This document shows, piece by piece, positions 27,484-37,949 of a stretch of DNA of 64,000 bases (position 1 is the first letter of the stretch; each line of letters starts with the position of its first letter). The position numbers and the translations under genes are program-made. The stretch comes from Ginglymostoma cirratum. Lineage: Eukaryota. The notes under the pieces are model-generated. The model was not told the DNA's origin. It worked only from the letters and a program-made list of their open reading frames with translations, and did no database searches. The DNA is taken from positions 56,852,066 to 56,916,065 of the forward strand of contig JAHRHZ010000012.1 in assembly GCA_024137785.1 (NCBI GenBank), in the 5' to 3' direction.

Positions 27484-28745
27484 CATTCATAAGTTGTAAG
27501 TGTCACTAGCAATGCCATCACTTGTCGGCCTTCCAAAAATTGGCCTTGACCTGAATCATTTATTAAGTCTTTCAGAGGACAGTTAAAGAGTTGTAAAGAC
27601 ATTTTTAGTTTTCTATATTTTTGTTGCAGACTGAAATGGAAAAGGACTGCTTTAAGCCAAGGCTTGTAGAAAGATTGCTGCACATTTTAAAAATACCTGA
27701 CACTCATTGTAAGTGTCATTTACATGGCTGTTGGTTCAAGTAGTGAGGAAAACTGAGTTTCAGATGAGCTGTGTGCTAAGGCAGGCTTGGCTGGAAACAA
27801 GTATCTGATTGATCTATGAAACCATGTCCAGTTATTTCTGACAAAAACCTTCTACTTGCCAACAACTATGTGATTGGCTGCCAGGCAGCTGAACAGCGTG
27901 GGCTGTGAATACTGGGGCAGGAGGCATCAGATCTCTGGAAGGGAAGATGTTTATCTCGAGCCTGAAGGTAGTCAGTTTCTTCCCTGTCATCAATCACTGT
28001 AAGTCTGACTTTTGATAACAAATCAGAGATCTTCAGAAGTGTAAACCAGCCATCCTGTGCCCTCCTGTAAAAAATTGAAGGCTTCTCAGCAAGAAAGATC
28101 ATGAAGTAATGCTGTTATCAGAAAAAGGATTATCTCCAGAAAACTCTATGGACAGACACCACCAAACCACCCCCACAGTATTTCTCTCTGCCCAGGGATC
28201 TTTTGTGCACGTAGAGTGGGGGATTTTTATTAGGGGTTAAAGTTTTTATTAGTAGAGTTGTTTATTGAAAGTTCAGAATTGTTTATTTTTGGTTAGATTT
28301 TATTTCTTTGTAATAAATAGTCATTCTCGTTAGGTATAGAATTCTGGTCCATGCTTTCTGTCAACCTGGGTCTAAATGACAGGTAAATTTGTTTCTGCAT
28401 GCTTTTTAACATCTTTAACTTTTGTAATGACTGTAAAAATAGAAGTGCTTGATTTCCAGCTTGCTATTACAATGAGGTATAACAGAGTTAACCATATGCT
28501 GTGGGCCTGAAGTTTCCTAATTCAGACCAGGTAAGAATGGTAGATTTCCTTCCCTAAAAGAAATTATTAAACTCAATTTTTATAGAAACCTGTCAGTGTT
28601 AGTTTATTGGTTGTCACCATTACTGAGACTAGCTTTCAATTCCAGATTTGAGCCCTTGTCCCCATCATAGCTTATTATTATTAGCATCATCGTAGTTACT
28701 TGGACCTCTGTGTTACTAATCCAGTGGAATTACCACTATAGCAAC
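27484..28745 (-). mobile_element. SINE family S2 split by a solo LTR
   Basis: ttcagaggacagttaaagagt before 27592 resumes as gagttaaccatatgctgtgggcctg...cagaccaggtaag after 28484. Confidence 0.65.
27592..28484 (+). mobile_element. solo LTR (893 bp) with 4-bp TSD
   Basis: termini tgtaa...taaca, gagt duplicated at 27588-27591 and 28485-28488, aataaa at about 28312; interrupts a known host repeat. Confidence 0.75.
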
Positions 28746-29230
28746 TGATTTGTGTGCATTTGTAGCTTGCATGTAGATAAATACACAAATGGATATTGAG
28801 GGTGTCTTGCACTACAAGGTTTATAGTGGGGCATGTGAATTTTACTTGAGGGGCGTACTTCAAATGATATAGCCTTTAAGCCAACACCAACTTGGTCCAT
28901 TCTTAGCTCTCTGGTCGTACCAGTACATATTCAACAATGGATTAATTTCCTTGATTGATATATCTGAAAATCCCCCTAGAGTCCATCCACGCACCCCTCA
29001 TCTTTCTTATTGACATGCATTCCTTGGTAACATCACCAGTGGACATGGGGTCAATTTTCACATTGATTTGATCTCAGCTGTTGTTATTACTGTGCAAGAT
29101 GTACTGTGTCAGATCCCGGACTGAAATATAGCTTGATAGATCATGTTTTGTTTCAATGAGGTAGTCTCTCACTGAAACATAAGCACATAATGTTGCAGAT
29201 TTTGTTTTAATAATAAAACAGAAAAGTATA

Positions 29231-29462
29231 TGTAATATTTGGGACCAAGGCCAGGTGGATCCATTGACTATGTGATCCTTGATTGGTGCTGTTAACCTGG
29301 GCCAATCAGGGAGCCCTAGCTGATAGATGTAAACAGGAGATTCAGCAAGTCTCTTCATTCTAGAGACTGTCTCTGAGCTGGCTGGTCAGAGCTTATATAC
29401 GGTGCACATCTAAGTAAAAGGTGACTTGGTGACAGGATACCTGCCTCCTTAGAGTTATTTCA
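29231..29462 (+). mobile_element. short solo LTR (about 230 bp)
   Basis: TG...CA termini, gccaatcagggagccct, colinear with 50738-50962. Confidence 0.7.
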
Positions 29463-30665
29463 ATGTTTTAAGAAAAATAAATTGTTAAAACAGAATAATT
29501 CAGGCTACTTGCTTAGGGCACAAACTTAAAGATTTTGAAGCACAATCCCATTAATCACAAAACACTCCTTTATAAATCCTTAAAATATCCCTGTAATGTC
29601 CCCAAAGGCACACCTCATACAGTACTCACACCAGAAATCCCCTTCTATGACACCGTGACAGGTTTAATTTGACTTCAACTCCCGGTCTAGAAAACCGACA
29701 TCTTCATCCTGGATCAATCACATACCTGTGATTAAAATTTTTCAGCATCATGTAACCTCTTCAGGGTTTTATCCAAACATTTTCAGTCACTAACCCCTTA
29801 CTGTAAGGTAACCTAGTGTTAACAAATCTAATTATCTTTTCCCTTTCTCAGAAGTAACTTCACAAAGAAAAAATTTCTGCAGAACTGCCCAAAACTAAAA
29901 ATAAAATTAAAAACAGCTCTGTCTCTGAGCTGTGGGCATTTCTCCTAAGCTTAAAAATCAAGTCAAGAAACTTCTAACTGAAACCTTGTAGTATAGCTGT
30001 TTACTTTGCCAGGTTGTAAAAAAAGTTCCTAAGGTAAATTTTTAAAAAACCATCAGAATTTGAAATCTAGCCTTTCCAAACATTTTATTTCAAAATCACC
30101 ATGGCTATAGAAAAATTCAATTTATTTATTGACTCTTTCAGAAACAAAGGAGATACCTATATGTCACTAATTCAAAATCCAAACCTGACACAAACAGTGT
30201 TAAGGAGATATAAATCAGAGATATAAATCATCACAACATGCATGCTAATATCAAGATGCAAATCTCACTATCCCTCTTACATTCTATGCTCTAAATGCTA
30301 TCAGCCCATTTGTCCAATATTTCTCTTACTAACGTATGAATAGAAATATGCTTTTAGGACCTTCAAACTGGTTTTGCCTTTCAATAAGAACATAGCCAAA
30401 GTGTATTTAAACTTACTTAACTTCCTTCATTAAATTGGAATGTTTTCAACATTCAAAAACCAAAAGCCATTTTATTCACCCCTGTCAAAAGCACCTTATT
30501 GTTATTCCTGATTCAATCCAGATTGTGAACTATCACACCTGCTTTCCATGGAACAGTCACGGATTATTTCCACAATCTTACTCAAGAGAATGTTTGGAAA
30601 GAATCAAGAAGGCTTGAAGTCAGATGATATCAAGGTGATGTTCTGAAAATATATTCTCCAGGTGA

Positions 30666-30779
30666 GATAACAAGCATGGGGCTGGATGAACACAGCAGGT
30701 CAAGCAGCATCATAGGAGCAGGAAAACTTGACGTTTCGGGCCTAGACCCTTTATCAGAAATGGGCTTATCTCTGATACA
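30666..30779 (-). mobile_element. subfamily A Penelope-like repeat with 15-bp TSD
   Basis: atattctccaggtga duplicated at 30651-30665 and 30780-30794; core reads ctgataa (G8 mutated). Confidence 0.85.
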
Positions 30780-31299
30780 ATATTCTCCAGGTGACATCCT
30801 TTATAAAATATTCATGGCTGATGGATGAGCAATGCAATATACTGTGGTTAACATAAATTTGTCATAATTTTCTTCCGTCAACAGATAGTGGTTTACTCAG
30901 CTTGAAAAAAATAGCCTGATTTATTTGTAACCTTTTTGTGAAAAGGTTTGTCTATTAACAAGTTTTCAATGTATGATGATAGAATAAAATAATCTCCACA
31001 GAATAGACAAAGGGGTCTTTATATAGAAATTCTTGTAAATTTGACCCTTACAATCAAAATGCTTTAGTAATTAGAAACTTATGTGTTTTAGATATGATAA
31101 AGATAGTGAGGAATAATTATACACAAGTGACAGATCATTATGAGGGTTTGAGTGCAGGCTTTGGAGCCATAATCAAATTTGTGAAATACGATGGAGTTAA
31201 TGGAAAATAGTGGCATAATGTCCACATCACTGATTTAGTAATCCAGAAATCCATGCTAATCTTTTGGGGACACATTTCCTAATCACATCTCGATGGAAG

Positions 31300-32025
31300 A
31301 TGTCTTGCCATTTAGTAGTATGCTTTTTTATTCTTCCTGTCAAAATGGACACATTCACATTTTTCCACAATATGCTCCATTTGCCAGATCTTTGTCCATT
31401 CACAACTTAAATATACATTTGCAGCCTCCTTATGTCCTCTTCACAACTTACATTCCTGTCTATCTTTGTGACATCAACAAATTTTGTAACCATACCATCC
31501 ATTTCATTTGTGTCATATGTAAAATATGTGGTATGCCACTTATTATATCTTGCCAACCAGAAAATGGCCGATTTATGCCTACTTTCAGTTTCCTGTTAAC
31601 TAGTCAATCTTTTATCTATGCCCAAATGTTACTCCTTACTTATGAATCTTTATTTTCTATAATAACCTTTTCTTAATAACCACACATAATGCTTCTTAAT
31701 AAGATAGCCCTTGGTGGTAGGGGAGCATGGACAGAGGATTGGTTAACTAATTGAAGGCAGACAGTTTGGATAAGTATTTACCTATTTTCAGAATGGAAAC
31801 CTATAAATAGTGAAATGCTACAGGTATAAGTGCTGGGTTCACAAGTACTTAAAATATCCATTAATGACTTTGAAAGAAGTAAATACAATGTCACTTGTGG
31901 ACGACTCAAGAATAGGTGGAAAGGCAAGTCGTGATGCTGATGCAAAGAATCTACAGAAAGACATAGAAAGACAAGATATAGAAAAAGAGAAGAATAAGTG
32001 AATGGACAAAAACCTGGTAGAGTTT
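31300..32025. mobile_element. two oppositely oriented CR1 RT fragments
   Basis: 31300-31680 minus (tttgtgacatcaacaaattt, KF.DDTK-like) and 31700-32025 plus (attaatgactt...gtggacgactcaagaataggtgga; LQKDI). Confidence 0.65.
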
Positions 32026-32330
32026 GAGTTGGCTTCAGCATATAGTAAAGGCAATTATCATATTAGGCCTGTAGTAGCTACAGAGAAAATCAACAAAAAA
32101 CAAAAACCTACTTAATCTTATCCTTACAAATCTACGTTGCAGATAGATCTACTCATGACAGTATTGTCATATGTGCCCACTGCACAGCCCTTGTGGGAGC
32201 AAAGTCTTACCAGGCTAGATGAGATTGATTCGGAATGGATCCAGCAGCTGAAAACTGGGCATCTATCGATAGCAATCCAAAAACACTCAATAATCTCAAC
32301 AACTTCAAGGACAAAGCAGCTAGCTTAATA

Positions 32331-32562
32331 AAAATTGAGAGAACTGCTGATGCTGTAAATCAAAAAAAAAACAGAAATTGATGGAAAAGCTCAGCAGGTC
32401 TGGCAGCATCTGCAGAAAGAAATCAAAGTCAAAGTTTCGGGATGAGTGACCCTTCCTCAGAGGAAGGGTCTGAGGAAGTGTCGCTTGACCTAAAGTGTTA
32501 ATTCTCATTTCTCTACAGATACTACCAGACCTGCTGAGCTTTTCCACCAATTTCTGTTTTTG
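32331..32562. mobile_element. fold-back pair of subfamily B Penelope-like repeats
   Basis: arms acagaaattgatggaaaagctcagcaggtctgg / ccagacctgctgagcttttccaccaatttctgt; centre gacccttcctcagaggaagggtc. Confidence 0.85.
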
Positions 32563-32574
32563 GTAAAGAGCCAG

Positions 32575-32975
32575 CTTGATTGGTATCCCAACCATCACCA
32601 CCTTTATTCACTTCCTGTACCGACTGATATACAGTGGCAGGACTATGTACCGTCTCCCACCTTTTCAAACAATTTTTAAAAAGATACACTGCAGAAGCTT
32701 GCCAAGATTCTTTCAATAGCAACTTCAAAACTTATTCATCTAGGTAGAAGAAATTACAAGAACAGGCACATGAAGCATGAGCACTTGTAAGATCTTCTCT
32801 AGACAATATCCTGGAACTCCCTTCTTAACAGCATTGTGCATATATTTGCAGGAGAAGGACTACAACAGTTCAAGAAAGCTGGTCACCATAATGTCTCCAA
32901 GGGCAGTTAGGGCTGGGCATTACATGGTGACTGCTACTGACGTCCCCACATCTCATAAATTAATGAAAAAAAAGT
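32575..32975 (+). mobile_element. CR1/L2-group LINE 3' end (family of 44305-44850)
   Basis: attcacttcctgtaccgactgatatacagtggcag...gatacactgcag...cagttcaagaa...agggcagttaggg. Confidence 0.65.
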
Positions 32976-34340
32976 ATTGACAAATAAGACAGAATAAAAC
33001 TTTACTTGACAGAAAAACTTAGGGATGCAGAACTAGATTTGTTGCTATAACATCAGGAAATGAAATTACTATTAAATATGAATGAATAAAAGCTGAAAAT
33101 CCTGAAATTGTGAAATATATTGTTATGCCCACTACTATTAATATGCAATTGCAGAGAATGTAAACACTGCTCCATTGAATAAACATACTCCTAATTTTAC
33201 TTTCTGTGAATAATTTCTATTTAGACTTGACTTTGCTTTTTCATAAAATAATCTCACTGTTTTTCAAATAAAACAGATAAAAGAAAATTTCCTTGGAAAT
33301 AAATTCAGCGTTATTTAGCAATTACCTATTCAACTGTTATAGCACCAAAGCATTTTTCTGAAGGTTGCACAGTGCTCATCATGTCAGTTTTATACTATTG
33401 TAGGAGAAGGATCCAAGGATATAAAGTTTCCACTAATTAAACTAAGTACAAAAATGATGAAATCATTCATAACCAGTCATTACCAGAGAATATAGGTTAA
33501 ATTGACATCTGGAGGGGTGATGTCCCTGAGTTTTCTATAATGCAACAGTGACAAGGTGAGAAAAGTTGTTCACCAGTGTTCTGTATGCACTCAAAAGCTC
33601 CGGCATACTTTCTGAATGAATGATATAGTTACAATGCTGAAAACTTACAGAGCTAAATATATGCTATTCAAAGTCATTTTCAATGCACTTACGATTTGCA
33701 ATCATTAGCTGAAGCTTTCAACATTTTGACTTAATAGTGATTTTGTGGAGGCATATCATAGAAAGAATTCTGTGGATTGCAATTGGTAAATATTGACTGT
33801 AAGCCTACTGGTGATTGAAAAAGATAAATGCCCAGCTAACCTTCCTCATGCATCACTAGCATTATTATCATACAATTGTAATACCTGTGTTCATAAATTT
33901 AGTGATTAGTACAGAATTGATAAGAATTATGGTTTCTGTAAACTGAGTTCATTAAATAGATTAAATAGTCTTTTGGATGTTGATATTATCAATAGTGCCT
34001 TTCGTCTTATGCTGAATTGATTTTAAATGAAAGGCATGATCATAGAAGAACCACTACTTGATTGATGCATGTCTCTGATAAAATTTTGTAGCTTTTTCCT
34101 AGATACTTCAGTGTGTTTTGCTCTATATGTCAATATTTGATGAGAAAGGAGATATATAGATTGGTGGAGCAGGTTCAAAAGGCTGAATGGTTTGCTTTTA
34201 TTTTGTATGCTTCTATGTTTCTACGAAACTAATATCCATACGGCCAATCCAACTTTCCTTGCTAATTTTTTCTTCTCGCTAAACTGTTTCAAGGCTGCTA
34301 TTAATTTTTTCCAAATGATTAAGTTAAAACCCTTCATTTA

Positions 34341-34928
34341 TAGGAGTTGTAATGACTTGATGAGGTTGTACAGGACATTGGTGAGGTCATTTTTAGAGTA
34401 CTGCGTACAATTCTGGTTGCCCTGCCGTAGTAAGGATATTATTGGAGAGGGTTCAGAAAATATTAACTGGGATACTGTCGGGACTGGAGGGTTTGAGTTA
34501 TAAGGATAGGCTGGGACTTTTTACACCGGAGGGTAGGAGATTGAGGGGTGACCTTATAGAGGTTTATTAAATCAGGAGGGGCATAGATAAGGCAAATAAC
34601 AAAGGTCTTTTCCCTGGGATGGGTGAGTTCAAAACTAGGGATCGTATTTTTAAGGTGAGAGGAGAAAGGTTTAAAAAGGATCTGGGGGGGCAACTTTGTC
34701 TCACAAAGGATGGTGAATGTGTGGAATAAACTGCCAGAAGAAGAGATAAATGCAAGTACAGTTACAACACTAAAAAAAAACATTTGGACAGGAACATGAA
34801 TGGGAAACATTTAGAGGGATATGGGCCTAATGCAGGCAAATGGGATTAGTTCAGTTTGGGTAACTTGGTCGACATGGACTAGTTAGTCCAAACGGCCCGT
34901 TTGCATGCTGTATGACTGTATGACTCTA
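34341..34928 (+). mobile_element. CR1/HER1-like LINE 3' end
   Basis: LMRLYRTLVRSFLEYCVQFWLP, gggtttgagttataaggatagg, ggggtgaccttatagaggt, tail tatgactgtatgactcta. Confidence 0.92.
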
Positions 34929-35729
34929 CTTGGAGAGTCTAGAAATAAACGGATTGTGAAGTTAAAAATGCCAAGAGTTATAAAGGTAGCTGCAATACAT
35001 CCATTATAAATGAAATAGAATAAACATTTTTTTAAAAAGCATGATAATCCTATATAACTTTATTTTCAATATATATCCTGCTTCCCTTTTTGTAAGAGTT
35101 GGATATATTTCTGCTTGCTGTTTATTCAGTTCAGTGCACTATTACATATAGGTTTGAGTGAGGAAGGGTGTCAACAAGATCATGAAATGAAAATACTGTT
35201 AGTGAAGTTAACTGAAAAGGATTGGCATCCATCGCCAGGTCAGGTCAGGTAAGGAGGTTTGATATCAAAAGGCTCAATTTAATGTTAGTGATAAGGATCT
35301 TACCCATTGGTTGGAGAACCAGCGGGGGACTAGCTTTGTCTTCGTTGGAGAAGGCCTATTGGAATTAAGTGCCCTTACTGAGTCAGTATCTGGGCTGGCA
35401 TCTATCTATAATTGGCAGTGCTACAGGGAGCAGTAATGAAACCATAAGAGGTCTGGAATTGATGAGAGAAAGCCAGGCCATAAATGAGAGAGGGTGGGAA
35501 AATGGTGGCTCTGAGAGGTTTTCCCCCTTTATCAATACTGGCATTATATTTTGATTCTGCGTTTGAATTAAAAAGGAATAGACATGTGACCTACTCTGAA
35601 TCCTGCTTGGCAGCAAGCCTGAATGATGTGCTTGACATGGGGAACAAGCCCAGATTATTTTACTGGGAAGAAAGCGCAAGATTTTCACAGTAGTCAATTG
35701 CAAGAGTATCTATGCTGACTTTGGTTAAA

Positions 35730-35825
35730 AGATCTTGTGTGGTGCAGTGGTAGTGTTCCTACCTCTGAACTAGAAGACCTGGGTCCAAGTCCCACTTGCT
35801 CCAGGGGTGAGTGATAGCAAACTCT
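35730..35825 (+). mobile_element. short tRNA-derived SINE, family S3
   Basis: gtggtgcagtggtagtgttcctacctctgaactagaagacctgggtccaagtcccac. Confidence 0.7.
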
Positions 35826-36061
35826 GGTTTGAGTAATAGTGCCAGATTTCACAGTGAGCGATGTTAGCAATGTCAGGTATAATATTTCAGATTCCCTGCA
35901 ACTGCAGTATTTTGCTTTAGTGTTCGGAAGATTATATTTTGAAAATGGCTATACTTTAAACTGTCTAGCTAATTTCAAGATAGAATGGAATTGGGGACCG
36001 GAATCTAAAAGGTAGCAGATAACCATTTCTATCTGACTCAAACCCAGAGGCTGAGAATAAC

Positions 36062-36124
36062 TGAGATAACAAGGCGTGGGGCTGGATGAACACAGCAGGC
36101 CAAGCAGCATCATAGGAGCAGGAT
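36062..36124 (-). mobile_element. truncated subfamily A Penelope-like repeat
   Basis: gagataacaaggcgtggggctggatgaacacagcaggccaagcagcatcataggagcagga. Confidence 0.8.
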
Positions 36125-36489
36125 AACTGGATGGATTCCTACAGAATGAAGTCTTGTACTGAAGGAAAATAATAAATTACAATTATGGATGGAGATTTTT
36201 GGTCATTTTGATTTTTTTAAAAAAATCTTTTCTCTAGTTTAGAAGACATATGAGCTACTGAATAATATTTCAACTATTTTGCTTTTAGTCTTTTTTTATC
36301 TTAATAAAAGTCATAAAACTCAAGTTCTCGTTGTGTGATTTTTCCAGTCACTGAAAATTCAGAAGTCATTTGACTATTTATCACAGAGATCACAAAAATA
36401 CTTAAACCTGCAGCAAATGAATGCCTCCCAGTGGGTTTCAATGTCACTGTTGCCTTGAAACTCTTCACTTGTCACTCTTTCTTAAGATT

Positions 36490-37035
36490 CTTTATTCTTT
36501 CACAGGATGTGGCATCGCTAGTAAGGCAAACATTTGTTGCCCATCTCTAATTGTCCTTACTGGTTGGCTGAGAGTTATAGAGGAGTACAGTGCAGATAAA
36601 AGGCCCTCGGCCCATTGAGTCTGCTCCGGTCAAAAACACCTATCTACTCTAATCCCATTTCCCAGCCTTGTTTGCCTTGGCATCACAAGCGCTAAATACT
36701 TCTTAAATATTATGAGGATTTCTGCCTCTAACACCCTTACCGTCAATGAGTTCCAGATTCACACCAAAGTTTGTACATTTCAGAGGATAGTCCTGATGAA
36801 GGGTTTTGGCCCAAAACATTGACTTATCTGCTCCTTGGATGCTGTCTGACCTGCTGTGTTTTTCCAGCCTCACACCTATAGACTCAGAGGGTAGTAAACT
36901 TCATTACTGGAGTCACATCTAGGCCAGATCAGACAAAGATAGTAGATTTCCTTCACTAAAGGCCATTAAGGAACCAATTGTGTGCTTACAATAACTAATG
37001 ATAGTCACAATGGTCACCATAACTGAGACCAGCTT
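36490..37035 (-). mobile_element. SINE family S2 with nested CR1 tail (about 36570-36770) and Penelope-like repeat
   Basis: S2 segments (catttgttgcccatctctaattg; tggagtcacatctaggccaga) interrupted by aggccctcggcccattgagtctg CR1 tail and a hammerhead repeat. Confidence 0.65.
36792..36883 (+). mobile_element. Penelope-like repeat (A-related) with 12-bp imperfect TSD
   Basis: ctgatga-a-ggg-ttttgg-ccc-aaaac; tcagaggatagt (36780-36791) / tcagagggtagt (36884-36895). Confidence 0.75.
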
Positions 37036-37206
37036 CACATACATAAAACTTTAAGATTAAATTTCTTGAAAGGAAGAAGGAGTGGCCACAAAAACATTCA
37101 TAGGTGTATATGTAAGGCAAAATATAAATAAGAATTTTCAAAACTACATCCAAAAAATAAAACATTAGCCAGCAGAGGCTGTTGAATAATTATAAATTTG
37201 ACGTAC

Positions 37207-37224
37207 GTTCCTTGCCGATGAGAC
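37207..37224 (-). CDS. candidate 18-nt microexon of an unidentified gene
   Basis: minus strand: ctgac branch point, tatttatatttctccaaatAG | GTCTCATCGGCAAGGAAC | GTacgt; open in all three frames. Confidence 0.4.
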
Positions 37225-37949
37225 CTATTTGGAGAAATATAAATATCCGTCAGTGTACCAGCTGGCTTATCATAGCCATGTGAGCTCCACCTCTGCTGTA
37301 ATTGTTTTTGTGTGTAGTCTGTGGCACATATTTAACACAGATCACCTGAAACTGCAGCTGAAAAAGCTCTGGATTTCAGAGCATTAAGAGAATTAGCTGT
37401 TGTGAAAACAACAGGAACAAATGTCCAGCTGAAACTTTGGATTTTCAGACCTGAGAGCAAGCATGAAAAGAGAAGTAAAGGAAAACAGCAGCCTGCAAAC
37501 TTCAAATTGCTGGATCAGTTAAAATGTCGATGCATTTTCCACTCATTGCTACAGTGGAAGTGAAAGAAGATATGAGACAGAACTGGATTTTTTTCGATCT
37601 CAGTTCTGATGATGCACGGTTTTAAGAGGTTATTTTGTTCTTTTTTTAAAGGCAGGTTGTAAGACAGAGTTGGTGAGTAGTTTACCAAAACAGTTCAAGT
37701 AAATAGCTTGTGAGGCCTTGGGATTGTTTTTAAAGTAGGAACAATGAAGCAGCCCGGATGGGTGTGGCCAGCTCTCACACAGATCAGGATTTCTACTTCT
37801 TTTTAGTTTTTACTTAAACTTTAGGCTATTGCTGACAAGCCAGACAAGAGAGATTTTACCGTCTTTGAAGGACACACTTTAGACCCAACAAGAATGTTAC
37901 TTATGAATGTTTTTTGTTCCGCACCAGAACTCAAGGAGACTGTGTCAGT

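Noticed and set aside
30205-30230. 13-bp tandem duplication (also 14-bp at 22757-22784)
   Set aside because: Ordinary slippage duplications
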